Shown: in pieces, positions 53,486 to 63,181 of the stretch
Layout of the letters: each line of letters starts with the position of its first letter
How positions within the stretch are numbered: position 1 is the first letter of the stretch
Virus record (IMG/VR): IMGVR_UViG_3300039286_000350
Location: 2,984-66,983 of that record
From: a virus
Length of the DNA: 64,000 bases
Strand: one strand, 5' to 3'
Made by a program: the position numbers and the translations under genes
Notes under the pieces: model-generated
The model's database searches: none
What the model was told of the DNA's origin: nothing
What the model saw: the letters and a program-made list of their open reading frames with translations, nothing else

Positions 53486-54285
53486 TACTGGCCTGCAAAG
53501 TATGGAGGTATGCGATCTCTTCTGACGTAATCCGTGGCAGGTTTCGACCCGCCACCAGGCGCCTCGTCATACTTATCGCCCTCACTAGCAACGACAATCT
53601 TGTCAGTGTGCGTGGACTGGTTGTATTTTCCTCTCCAGTCCATTAGGATCTGCTCATCCTCAAGAGACAGCAGTGGATTGCGGTTCAAACTCAAGTCTAG
53701 GACAACCTCATCGCCCGCAACTGTAAATCTGGGTTGACCACGAGCCTGGGCTATGCGTATATTTTCGTCGTCAGCAAGTATCCTGTTCACCGCATAATTC
53801 ATAGCAACACGGCGCACATCAGGAGGAACTGTAGTTGATGACCAGCCCTCTGATGGGCTAATGAACTTGGTCACGAAATCTTCAGCCTTCGGAATGACCG
53901 TGCTCCTGGCATAAGTCTCACTTACATCCTGTAGTTTCTTGAACTGTGGGTGAGTATCCTTTAGCTGGCGCACTGTAAACCATGCTTCAGGAAGTTGTTC
54001 AAATGCGTCACCCTCAACAAAGAAACTGCCACTCTCGGCCAACTCAATTGCGCCAATGGTTTCCCATCTATAATCCCAACCATCGGCTTGAGTTGCCTCC
54101 ACAAGAGTAGAGAAAATGCCAGTCGACTCATGAGTTATGCCAGATCCTTCGGGCCATTTCCTTTCAATCTGCACCCCATCTGGGGGAGTAATTATCAGAA
54201 TGATCTCATCGGGGTCTGCCAGATTCTCAACCGCATTCCGTACTTCGAACCTAAGTTTTGTTATATCTCCTCTGTCAATACTCAT
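53485..54285 (-). CDS. Head-to-tail adaptor with N-terminal Ig-like domain (putative)
   Basis: VPPDVRRVA adaptor-like motif; synteny. Confidence 0.6.
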   Translation of the reverse strand: MSIDRGDITKLRFEVRNAVENLADPDEIILIITPPDGVQIERKWPEGSGITHESTGIFSTLVEATQADGWDYRWETIGAIELAESGSFFVEGDAFEQLPEAWFTVRQLKDTHPQFKKLQDVSETYARSTVIPKAEDFVTKFISPSEGWSSTTVPPDVRRVAMNYAVNRILADDENIRIAQARGQPRFTVAGDEVVLDLSLNRNPLLSLEDEQILMDWRGKYNQSTHTDKIVVASEGDKYDEAPGGGSKPATDYVRRDRIPPYFAGQ

Positions 54286-55883
54286 GACAAGTTCTCCTCA
54301 GAGACTACCGCTGAACCTACAGCAGCTGATGAGACTTTAGCAGTCGCCAGCAGCTCCTCCGTCGCTGACGCCGAACCCACACCACTAAGGCGTTTTGCTG
54401 TGGCTTTGAGGGAGGCAGATGATTCAAGCACCGCAGTGCTAATTCGGCGGCGTACAGGGGTCACAACCATAGTCGTTTCGACCGTTAAAGAAGCTTGCGC
54501 AAATCTGATTGCAGCACACTCAGCATCCAATCCAGCCGACGCTGAAAGCTGTGAACGTCCAAAACGCCGGGCAACCCCCTGGGCAGACATGTAGCCAGTC
54601 GCTTCCATGTGCCCAGCTGCCCGCAAGATTCTACCAGCTGTCGCATCCATCGATGCAGAACCAGACAAATCAGCAGAGCTGAACTGACGTCGTACCGACG
54701 TTGCATTAAGCGTGGCCGATGCACTGAGAGAGGAACCCGCAAACGCGCGGCGAGTCCCAGAAGCTGTCAGAGACGCAGTGGTCGCTAGTGAAGCAGAACC
54801 TCCGGCTTTTCGCGAAGCGCTAGCTGTCAGCGTGGCCGAGGCACTGAGGGTAGATTCACCTCTCTGACGGGAGCGGAGCCAACCTTCCACATTGGTGCCA
54901 ATTGTCGAGTTGGCGCCTGCAAACCACAGCGCACCGCCCTGGGCTTTGCAGTCTTGTAGCGAGATATAGTCACACTCAACTACACCAGAAGTCTTTTCCA
55001 AGGTTGTTTTGCTACCACCGGTCTGCGATTTCACCGTCATCAGTTTCCCGGCCGATCCTTTAACATTGAAATCAGTTACTTTCAATGTTCGCGTTGCAGA
55101 TAGCTGAAGAGTACGGGCATTGTTAGCGTCGAGGAAGTTAATGGTATTGACGGTTGCATTAGTATGTGTCAACATTAGCGAGCCGGTGCTGCCGTTAACT
55201 TCGTAGGTGACCGTGCCAATCGTGTTCGTCCCGAACGTTATTGTTCGGGTCGATGCACTAGCGGAAGTCACTTTGATTGTCGCTTTGGCCCCTTCTTCAA
55301 ATGTGAGTCCGCCTTCGGCTGCAAGCTCCATCAGCACGCCGCTGGTACCAAATACATTCCAGACCGTGTTACCGTTTTTGATCGAGGTCGGATTGGCAGA
55401 GACCTTTTGGAATCTTTCGAGCGTAATTTCAGTGCAGGCGGATGCATCAAGGTGAAATGCATTCAGACCTTCTAGGACTCCTTTGAGTTTAAGGTTGTCT
55501 TCTAGCTTAAGGTTACACTGACTGATGATTACTTTCCCAAGTTCCTTACCAGCTGTCGTAAGGAACATTGTTGGATTAGTGCCACCAGCATTAAATCCAA
55601 TGTTGGAGCTGGACGAGCCAACTACGTAAGTCATCCCCGGTACAAATTTACAGGAGCCGCCTTCGTTACCACCTATTGTGAGGCTGATTCCTGAGTTGTG
55701 CGTAAATGTTTTTGTATAGTTAGTAAAGTCGATTGATTTGCAATTACCTCCTTCGGTCAACGTTAGGTTCCCGGATTCGGCAGTTGCCACTACATCATCA
55801 GCAGCCGTAGGCACAACGCCCTCGACCCAAGACGTTGTGTCTTTCCAATTCCCACCAGCTTTGCTGATAGTCCTTACAGCCAT
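54282..55883 (-). CDS. Virion fibre-like protein with ~20-aa C-terminal repeats
   Basis: About 8 imperfect xLSASAxLxA..RR repeats. Confidence 0.6.
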   Translation of the reverse strand: MAVRTISKAGGNWKDTTSWVEGVVPTAADDVVATAESGNLTLTEGGNCKSIDFTNYTKTFTHNSGISLTIGGNEGGSCKFVPGMTYVVGSSSSNIGFNAGGTNPTMFLTTAGKELGKVIISQCNLKLEDNLKLKGVLEGLNAFHLDASACTEITLERFQKVSANPTSIKNGNTVWNVFGTSGVLMELAAEGGLTFEEGAKATIKVTSASASTRTITFGTNTIGTVTYEVNGSTGSLMLTHTNATVNTINFLDANNARTLQLSATRTLKVTDFNVKGSAGKLMTVKSQTGGSKTTLEKTSGVVECDYISLQDCKAQGGALWFAGANSTIGTNVEGWLRSRQRGESTLSASATLTASASRKAGGSASLATTASLTASGTRRAFAGSSLSASATLNATSVRRQFSSADLSGSASMDATAGRILRAAGHMEATGYMSAQGVARRFGRSQLSASAGLDAECAAIRFAQASLTVETTMVVTPVRRRISTAVLESSASLKATAKRLSGVGSASATEELLATAKVSSAAVGSAVVSEENLS

Positions 55884-55888
55884 CTTCG

Positions 55889-56296
55889 TCAGTCAATGCT
55901 GAAGACTAGTTTCCCTTTTTCAACGACAAACTGGTCACCTGCTTCGATGGTCTTTTCGGCATTCCAAGGGGCATGCCAGAGCTGGTTTCCTTCACCCACG
56001 TTAGGTGAATCCAGCAACACTACGTGTGTTACTTTGCTGCCGTAGTTCGCTGTCGCAACAGGAAAGACAATGTCTTCCGAATTACTTGTGCTACCGGCTC
56101 CTTCAGTGGCTGCCGTTGCCGATAGTTTCTTCCTTTCGTAAGCCGTCCCCGAGGCAGAAACCTCAGTTCCTGGACCAGCCTCACCAGGGTCGGCCGTGAA
56201 GAGAGCAACGTAAACAGTGGGTTTCGTGTATGAAGTAGTTCCCAGAATGTGATCTAGGAGACGCTTCTCCGCGTAATCAGAAAGGTTTCCTGCCAT
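55889..56296 (-). CDS. Conserved virion protein
   Basis: LSDYAE..LLDHILG..YVALFTADPG..GTEVS..Y.R. Confidence 0.7.
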   Translation of the reverse strand: MAGNLSDYAEKRLLDHILGTTSYTKPTVYVALFTADPGEAGPGTEVSASGTAYERKKLSATAATEGAGSTSNSEDIVFPVATANYGSKVTHVVLLDSPNVGEGNQLWHAPWNAEKTIEAGDQFVVEKGKLVFSID

Positions 56297-56353
56297 GGGT
56301 TTAGTTCCTCCTTCTAGGATGCAGGATCACGACAAAGCCTTAACACTTTCAAA

Positions 56354-57007
56354 TCAAAGAACAACCTCGTCCCAGGCAAGCTCGAAGACCAATCGCTCAT
56401 GGCCATTAGGTGAGACACCTATGTTCGGAGAAAGTCTAGTTGCAAGCGCTAGATACTCACCAGGTGCGAGAACAGGCATGTCCATCCATTCAGTGCGATC
56501 GTATTCCAATACAGGATATCGACTTGGAGCGAACTGCATGCCGGTTGTAGCCTTATGTTGCCACACCCTCAGTATCTGTCCCAGGGTCGATTCAGCACCG
56601 TATCTTATATCAGCAACAGAGTTCGACATTGTGCTCTTAAGCTTCGGTATATTCGATTTTGTAATCGAAGTCCCACCAGTTATCACCGACGATCGAGCTA
56701 GCACAAGCTCAATGTCGGCACCAGCAGTTCCATCGGATTGCATCCCAACCGACACCTTATTCACGACGATTGCGGTACCAGCTGTAGCGCCGGTTGCCAA
56801 TCCAATCATCAGAGGTCGTTTGTTGTGGGAGGTCAATCCTCCAGTAGGCCAGGCAGCTCCAGCAAATCTGTAGCTGGCAGAGATAGCCCACGGCACAGAA
56901 GGGACTACGTGAGGCTCTTTAACCTCAACACCTGCTGGTTCCTTTAGTGAAGCCCTAGTTAGAGGGCCAGAGGGGCCAGCTGGTCGAGTAACATAAGCAT
57001 CGCTCAA
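56354..57007 (-). CDS. Virion hypothetical protein (possible paralog of 57004-57624)
   Basis: Ends LAPGEYLAL..FELAWDEV. Confidence 0.6.
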   Translation of the reverse strand: MSDAYVTRPAGPSGPLTRASLKEPAGVEVKEPHVVPSVPWAISASYRFAGAAWPTGGLTSHNKRPLMIGLATGATAGTAIVVNKVSVGMQSDGTAGADIELVLARSSVITGGTSITKSNIPKLKSTMSNSVADIRYGAESTLGQILRVWQHKATTGMQFAPSRYPVLEYDRTEWMDMPVLAPGEYLALATRLSPNIGVSPNGHERLVFELAWDEVVL

Positions 57008-57624
57008 AGCGAAACCTCATGCCACTCGAAACCAAGTTGCCAGATCTCTGTAGCAGAACCAGCGGCTTCCTGGTAAAGAACCAGAGCCTCACCTGACAAA
57101 AGAATGAACGGCTCTGCAGCCTGTGAAAACGCATCCTCGAAGTAGGTGATGTTTCCAGTGGTCGACGGTTTAACCTGTAAAGGAATCGAAGCATTTAGCT
57201 CGCCTGCAGACATAGTCACTCCAGAGGGAGTTTTGAAGAAGCGAGCTTCGGAGTTGGCTGAGCGGGTATCCTTCTTTCCAATTGTAGTCAGGTAACCCGC
57301 GGTTGCGGCTAGTGCCGTAGACCGAGTCATCCGAATCGTATTCGTGGTTGCGGCGCTCTGATTATACCAGCCGCAAATGACTTTCCGTACTACAATGTCA
57401 CCTTTAGCTGAGGTAGGGCGCAGTAGAGCAGCTAGAATCCCATTGGTTCCAAGGCCAGTTTTACCAATGAACGATTCAGACATGAAGTACGAACCGAGCA
57501 CTGTCCATGGAACATCAGTGACAGTATACTCCTCGTGTACTTCATTCCCCCCAATGACCTTCCGAGCTGTTCGGATCCTTTCGCCGGTCTGGCCAGCTGC
57601 GACCTGTACAAAGCTCTCTGCCAT
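57004..57624 (-). CDS. Virion hypothetical protein
   Basis: Ends LLSGEALVL..LGFEWHEV. Confidence 0.6.
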   Translation of the reverse strand: MAESFVQVAAGQTGERIRTARKVIGGNEVHEEYTVTDVPWTVLGSYFMSESFIGKTGLGTNGILAALLRPTSAKGDIVVRKVICGWYNQSAATTNTIRMTRSTALAATAGYLTTIGKKDTRSANSEARFFKTPSGVTMSAGELNASIPLQVKPSTTGNITYFEDAFSQAAEPFILLSGEALVLYQEAAGSATEIWQLGFEWHEVSL

Positions 57625-57651
57625 TTGTCTCAGCGGCTAGTGCCGCGAGGA

Positions 57652-57966
57652 TCAACCTGTTGGTGGATCAGCTGTGTCGGCGGTCGTCTCTTTGTCGCTG
57701 GCCTGCTCAGTGAGGGCTTTAACTAGGATCAACTGGGCTTTCGTGTTCTTGTTGATAGCCTCAAGCAAATCCTGTGCATTCTCGCCTCCACCCAACAGAT
57801 CAATGATCGTGTCGAGACGGACGATGACAGCTGATCGAAAGAAGTTGCTGTCGTCACGGGCAGTCTGCGGATCCTTCTCAGGAACCCTATCAAGAAGGGA
57901 GCCCTCACCCGTTGCTGTCTGGGACTCCCTCTTGATCTGAATGCCGTCCTCTGTGGTCTCGCCCAT
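57652..57966 (-). CDS. Hypothetical protein
   Basis: AAGGAG RBS. Confidence 0.6.
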   Translation of the reverse strand: MGETTEDGIQIKRESQTATGEGSLLDRVPEKDPQTARDDSNFFRSAVIVRLDTIIDLLGGGENAQDLLEAINKNTKAQLILVKALTEQASDKETTADTADPPTG

Positions 57967-58028
57967 CTTGGTTCTCCTTCTCGTCCAGTGGTTGGACGCG
58001 TTAGCTGTCGTGCAGTCTACCGCGTTTT

Positions 58029-58250
58029 CTACGTAGTGACGGTTCTACCGTCCTGATGAGAGGATGGCCCGGCCGGGCCATGATTTGCAAGGCGCTCGAC
58101 CGGGGCATTTCTCTCGGGTGCTGGGACCTCGTTCGGTGATTCATCTTCCAGCGAGCCCATGGACCCTCGCCCCTTGAGGGGCGTAGCAGGCTTTGTCGCT
58201 CCGCTCGCCATAGGCGTTGGGAATTTGTCCTTTGGGAGTGACTTGGCCAT
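58029..58250 (-). CDS. Small low-complexity protein downstream of capsid
   Basis: ATG 4 nt after the capsid stop. Confidence 0.55.
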   Translation of the reverse strand: MAKSLPKDKFPTPMASGATKPATPLKGRGSMGSLEDESPNEVPAPERNAPVERLANHGPAGPSSHQDGRTVTT

Positions 58251-58254
58251 TTGC

Positions 58255-59250
58255 TTAGATCGTTGGGCTGGTGTACGTTGCGTTGTTGGTGATCTGCATG
58301 AGAACACCATTTCCACGCTGACGTACACCCACACCAAATTTCCGGTAGTAGAAGGAGTCAGCGAGCGGGTACTCAGGGTTGGATCCGCGCTGCAGGATCA
58401 GGCCCTGAGCAGCACTGTTGGTGGACTCTCGGAAGGCGATGGGACGCTGGGCGCCATTGCCTTGGGCCGAGAACTCGAACATGTACCCCGAGGGGATCCA
58501 GTCCTCCACCAAAATCGCGGCCCTTCCGTAAGAGCCAATGTAGGGGTCACCAACCAGGTTGATCCATTTGATGTCATGGACCCGGTCCTTCGCAGGCACG
58601 AAGTTAGTGAATCCTTCGATGGTGCGTTGCTGGGCCTTGTTGATCATGAGGATGATGTCCGTGATGAAGCCATGCTCCGTCAGGTCATCCTCAAGCAGGT
58701 CCAGGTCACCTGATTTCAGGTTTACTTCGTCAGAAACCAGGTAATGCGAGTGAGATCCCGTGAAAGTTGTGTTCTTCACAGGAGGAGGGATGGTTCCATC
58801 CGCGTTGTAAAACGCGGGGGACGTTACCCCCTTGAGGGTCAAGCCCTCCTTGGTGAGAGCAGCACGGACTACTTGCTTAAGAATCAAGCGAGTGTCAGCC
58901 TGCAAAGCACCAGAGTGCCTGGCGTCGAGCTCCGCAGAAGTCGACTCCAGGATACGTGCCCAGGTGTAGGCGATCCTCAGGTCGAAGTCCTTGATGCCGA
59001 CGGACAACTCCAGGTACGTCAGGTCCTGAGAGTCAGGCAGGGTGAAGTCGCCATACTCCTCAAATTCCATGGCGCCCTGAATCACGGAGAACGTCTTGTC
59101 TTCCGTCCTGAACGTCAGGAGATCAACCAGGCCGTGGGACGTTGCGTTGTAGTCCTCCAGAGAGTCCTGGTAGTCATTCCAGAGCTCATTGGGATCAACG
59201 TAATCGTTGGTCCACAGCTGGTTCTTGGAGTCCATGATACGTTTAGCCAC
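58255..59250 (-). CDS. Major capsid protein
   Basis: Size (331 aa), AGGAGG RBS, synteny after scaffold and decoration genes; C-terminal GVGVRQRGNG. Confidence 0.8.
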   Translation of the reverse strand: MAKRIMDSKNQLWTNDYVDPNELWNDYQDSLEDYNATSHGLVDLLTFRTEDKTFSVIQGAMEFEEYGDFTLPDSQDLTYLELSVGIKDFDLRIAYTWARILESTSAELDARHSGALQADTRLILKQVVRAALTKEGLTLKGVTSPAFYNADGTIPPPVKNTTFTGSHSHYLVSDEVNLKSGDLDLLEDDLTEHGFITDIILMINKAQQRTIEGFTNFVPAKDRVHDIKWINLVGDPYIGSYGRAAILVEDWIPSGYMFEFSAQGNGAQRPIAFRESTNSAAQGLILQRGSNPEYPLADSFYYRKFGVGVRQRGNGVLMQITNNATYTSPTI

Positions 59251-59333
59251 GGACGTTTCCTCCTAGAATTAGCTGTTTGCGGTCTAGCGTCATAGCGCTC
59301 TGGGATGATGCAGGATCGTGGTTCTCGTGGGGG

Positions 59334-59672
59334 TTATACCGCAGCGTCTAGATTCCCAGTAAGGATAACAGCAGTCGACGCATCCTCAGACTTGACGACA
59401 GCAACGACTGGGTTTGATCCCGCCGTGCCAAGCACTCCGTCTGACTGGCCGCGGAGTTTGTCGCCCGCAGTGAAACCAGAGAGACCTGAGACGGTCCCGC
59501 CGCGCATCACTGGTGCCCGCTCGCCCTGGGCGATGGGCTGTGGTACGATTCCTACTGGTTTCGCACCCGTTTTGGCTGCCTTGCCGGTCGAGTTGATCGT
59601 GACAACACGATTTTCCTCGATTGCTTCTGCCGCGACTAGGCGCCAGTTGTAATCATTGTTTGACATGCCCAT
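59334..59672 (-). CDS. Capsid decoration/cement protein (DUF2190-like)
   Basis: AEAIEENRVV..PVGIV..GERAPVMRGG. Confidence 0.7.
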   Translation of the reverse strand: MGMSNNDYNWRLVAAEAIEENRVVTINSTGKAAKTGAKPVGIVPQPIAQGERAPVMRGGTVSGLSGFTAGDKLRGQSDGVLGTAGSNPVVAVVKSEDASTAVILTGNLDAAV

Positions 59673-59766
59673 TTTTAGGCATACCTCCTTGACTGCCCCT
59701 TGTCTGGCAGTCGGCTTTGTTTACAAGGAACAGGACTGTGCCCTGTCTTCTTTCGAAGCTTGGTGG

Positions 59767-60834
59767 TCATCGGCGTGCTCCCACAGGAGGCCTTTCGCGG
59801 TCAGATCCGCCGCGGTCGCCATAGTCAAAGCGGTCGCGCAGCTCCTCCTTACGCGCCTTATCTAGACCAGGACCCGTCGATTTATCGCGAGTTGGCGGGG
59901 ATGTCTCCTCGTCCTCAGCGCCGCGGCGTCCAGGGACGGGTTCATCCTCCGGAGTAGGGTCTTTAGGTCCGCGCCAACCCTCGGCGCGGAGGTCTTTGAT
60001 AACTTTCTTTCGGAGTTTGCTGTAGGCCGTCTGCGCCTGCTCAATCATCTCGTCGACGTCGTCCTCGCTTGTGTCATCTCCTACGACAACCATCTCAACA
60101 ATCATCTTTGATTTGTCGACGTCAAGCAAAGCTTCGCGACGGTACAAATCAACTTCCTGCTTTCGGCGGCGTTTCTCACGACGCTCCTCGCGAGCTTTCT
60201 GTCTGTCCTCGCGATCAGTTGCTATAGGCTCCTCTGGCTCGGGAGGTGGGGGAGGGGTCTGTTCGCCTGCCTCCTCAGCTTTATCTTTAGCCTCCTCCGC
60301 GATCTCGGCAGCAGCCTCCCGTACTCTACGCTCGGCCTGGCGCTGTGAAATAGCGCCCTCTTTCAGCTGTTTGGAGATCTCATCGAAGCGGTCATCAAAC
60401 TCGTCCTGCATTTCGTCGCGGATCTCTTTCATCTCCGCACCAGCCGCTTTCGCGGCATCACTTGCAGCACGACGAATTACCTGTTTGATCTCCGGAAGGG
60501 TGAGCAACTCCTCCAAGAACTGCTGGGTTTGCTCATCGTCGGCTTCCGGCTCCTCCTCAGCAGAAGGCTCGTCGCCCGGTTTTGGCTGCTCCTCAGGCGG
60601 AGTCTCTGCGGGAGTCTCCTCGTCGCCCGGTTTTGGCTGCTCCTCAGGCGGAGTCTCTGCGGGAGTCTCCTCGTCCTCTGGGTCTGCACCTCCTGCGATT
60701 GGGTACATCCCGTGCTTACGTTTGTACTCCTCCCGTGCTCTCTCGCGCTCCGCAGGATTATCGGAGAACAAGTCCGGGCGCTCAGTGGCGTCTCGCATAC
60801 TCCCTCTCATTCGTGTCAAGGGAGGCACCGCCAC
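59767..60834 (-). CDS. Head scaffolding protein
   Basis: Acidic, coiled-coil, upstream of capsid. Confidence 0.7.
   Translation of the reverse strand: MAVPPLTRMRGSMRDATERPDLFSDNPAERERAREEYKRKHGMYPIAGGADPEDEETPAETPPEEQPKPGDEETPAETPPEEQPKPGDEPSAEEEPEADDEQTQQFLEELLTLPEIKQVIRRAASDAAKAAGAEMKEIRDEMQDEFDDRFDEISKQLKEGAISQRQAERRVREAAAEIAEEAKDKAEEAGEQTPPPPPEPEEPIATDREDRQKAREERREKRRRKQEVDLYRREALLDVDKSKMIVEMVVVGDDTSEDDVDEMIEQAQTAYSKLRKKVIKDLRAEGWRGPKDPTPEDEPVPGRRGAEDEETSPPTRDKSTGPGLDKARKEELRDRFDYGDRGGSDRERPPVGARR
60568..60675. repeat. 51-bp exact tandem repeat (2.1 copies; EETPAETPPEEQPKPGD)
   Basis: Direct read: units start at 60568 and 60619. Confidence 0.95.
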
Positions 60835-61061
60835 TAAGAAAACAGATGGTGCGTCTTACAACAGTGATGAGGAGCCTCCGGTTCTAGAACGACATGACAA
60901 AACGCCCTGAATGGGCGTCTGATCGAGCTCAACCGTCGTTCTAGACTACCAGGAGACGGGCAACCGTACTGGCTGCGGCTTCTGAATGTGATACGACCTC
61001 AGAAACGATAGTGCAACAGCCAGACCAAGAATTACACTGCGACTATCTCAACAAGACGGAG

Positions 61062-61328
61062 CTAACCGGACTCAAGGGGTGTTCTGGCAAGTTCCTCCAG
61101 ATACAAGATTGCCTCTTTGTCCAAGGTTGACAGCTCATCCACGGCATCTGCCAAGGAAAGCATTCTGCGGCTCCCACCTTCGAGGTCCGCAGCAACTCTA
61201 AAACCGTAACCAATGGACTGCAGTTCGAGTGCAGTTAAGGAATCCACCGAGACACCTCGGGCATCTGCAACTTCGCGCAGAACCGTTCTGATATCATCGT
61301 TCAGACTGTCAGCAGGTCTTGTGGACAT
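61062..61328 (-). CDS. Hypothetical protein
   Basis: Operon packing. Confidence 0.55.
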   Translation of the reverse strand: MSTRPADSLNDDIRTVLREVADARGVSVDSLTALELQSIGYGFRVAADLEGGSRRMLSLADAVDELSTLDKEAILYLEELARTPLESG

Positions 61329-61330
61329 AG

Positions 61331-62209
61331 TCAGTCTTTCCTTTTACCCTTGTTTCGAGCAAAGTTGTACGCTCTGGTCATCCCTGTAGCTAGCCGCTCC
61401 AGATCCTCTGGAGCATCAGACTCACCTGCATCGGGGCCCTTGTAAAAGTTTGGGAAGCGCCAGCCAGTCTTAGGAATATAATCTAGATGACGCAACAAAG
61501 GCTTTATAGCCGCAAAGCTTGGGTGCACCGCATGTGGTGATCTAGGACCTCCGCCAAGCAGCGCTGGGTACTCATAGAACTTCCCATCTGCTTGTACAAT
61601 TGTATACGGAACCGACACCTTCATCGGCTTACCCGATTCCTCAAGTGGATGACGTTCCTGGAACCCAACCACTCGACCAACAACCATCGGGGTTGGATCA
61701 TCGTCGTCTCTGTATACAGCTACATCCGTTCCTACTGGAACAGCCCACAGAGGAATTGGTTCACCATCGTGCCATTTATCTCTGATATCACGAACTGCCT
61801 TGTGCGAAAGTCCGCGGCGTTTGAACACACCAGTGTCCTTGTAATGCTGGACAACCGCCTCATCAGGAAGAGCCTGGCGGGCCTGGGCAATAGCGAGAGC
61901 AGTCAACTCCTCCTCTGAGTGAGTTTTGGATTGCATAGACTTCATGAAACGAGTATCACTCAGAGGAGGAAGGCGTTTAGCGAGCGAAGAAGGAATCTCA
62001 GGTAGATCCTTTCTAGGCAGCCGTGGTTTGGCCGCAGCTCGTTTCGCCTGCTTTGAAGGCCCCTTGTTGCCGGCGCCTGGTTTCGCTTTGTCAAGCCCAG
62101 GAGGCACTCGGCCGGTCTTCTTGAAGAGTTCATAGGCGGCCTGCCCCATGCGGCTTTTTATCTTCCTCGCTAGTGCAGCTTTCTGTCTTGCCTCGTCACT
62201 GTATCCCAT
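61331..62209 (-). CDS. Hypothetical head-module protein
   Basis: 292-aa ORF; TG-C-TATAAT immediately upstream. Confidence 0.65.
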   Translation of the reverse strand: MGYSDEARQKAALARKIKSRMGQAAYELFKKTGRVPPGLDKAKPGAGNKGPSKQAKRAAAKPRLPRKDLPEIPSSLAKRLPPLSDTRFMKSMQSKTHSEEELTALAIAQARQALPDEAVVQHYKDTGVFKRRGLSHKAVRDIRDKWHDGEPIPLWAVPVGTDVAVYRDDDDPTPMVVGRVVGFQERHPLEESGKPMKVSVPYTIVQADGKFYEYPALLGGGPRSPHAVHPSFAAIKPLLRHLDYIPKTGWRFPNFYKGPDAGESDAPEDLERLATGMTRAYNFARNKGKRKD

Positions 62210-62236
62210 GGTGATCTATTATAGCAGACTCTCCAA

Positions 62237-63178
62237 CTAACGTATACCCGCTAGGGCTAGAGTCTCCAACCTATTGGTCTTGGTAATCTTGATCTGATCC
62301 ATGTCTATGGCGTCAAATATCTCAAGGGTGACGGGTATGATCCTGCAACGACAATTTGGATGAAGGGGCGGATGAGCAAGTTCACCTTTATACGGTTTGA
62401 GCTTGATCCCAATAGATTTCCAAGGGAAATCCTTATCCATGTCAACAATCGTTCCATGGAGCTTTGCACATGAGAAGCAACAGGAACCGATTGCGCTCCA
62501 CCACATCTTCTGGACTTTGATGCCTTCCTTCTGAGCTCCTTCATAAGACTGCTGCCGAGCCTGATTAGACGCTGCAACGACGGAGAAACGTATGTTGGCG
62601 AGCATGTGGGCTCTTGCGCGAGCGACAGCAGAGGATTTCCCTTGAGCAATCTTCTTGGTCGAGGTTGCTCTAGCTGCAAGCTCTCGATAAGACTCGCCGC
62701 GAAGTAGCCCTTCACGTATATTGCGCAACATGTCCGGGGACCATTGTTTGTTCCATTCCTTGATCCTGGAGACAGCGTCGTCAATGGTCCTCTCCAGAAG
62801 CCGGGGATCCGGCGTCCCGAAGATGGGCGGATCCAACCCCAACGCTTTCGCCTCTTTCGCCACCTGCGTGATGACAAGGTCACGAATGTTATCAGCTGCG
62901 TTGGCCATGGCATGAGCAACAGCCGTGTTGAGAGTTGCCGCACGGGCCTCGATAAACTTCGAGAGGGCTGACATGCGTGAAGCTTCAAAGTACTCTGCAG
63001 GGGAGAGTGCACCTTGGATCCCATCAGTAGTAGGGAAGAGTCCTTCAAAGTACTTGAGGATGTCGGCATGAGCGGTGGCATAGAATTCAAGGAGTTCTCG
63101 CTGTGCAAGAGATGCCAGTTGCAGCCGCTCTTTCTCGTGGACCGGAATGACCCTTAAGAGATCATCTAGCGCCGCCAC
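62237..63178 (-). CDS. MuF/gp7-like head morphogenesis (minor capsid) protein
   Basis: CCFSCAKLHG..HPPLHPNCRCRI. Confidence 0.88.
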   Translation of the reverse strand: MAALDDLLRVIPVHEKERLQLASLAQRELLEFYATAHADILKYFEGLFPTTDGIQGALSPAEYFEASRMSALSKFIEARAATLNTAVAHAMANAADNIRDLVITQVAKEAKALGLDPPIFGTPDPRLLERTIDDAVSRIKEWNKQWSPDMLRNIREGLLRGESYRELAARATSTKKIAQGKSSAVARARAHMLANIRFSVVAASNQARQQSYEGAQKEGIKVQKMWWSAIGSCCFSCAKLHGTIVDMDKDFPWKSIGIKLKPYKGELAHPPLHPNCRCRIIPVTLEIFDAIDMDQIKITKTNRLETLALAGIR

Positions 63179-63181
63179 AAG

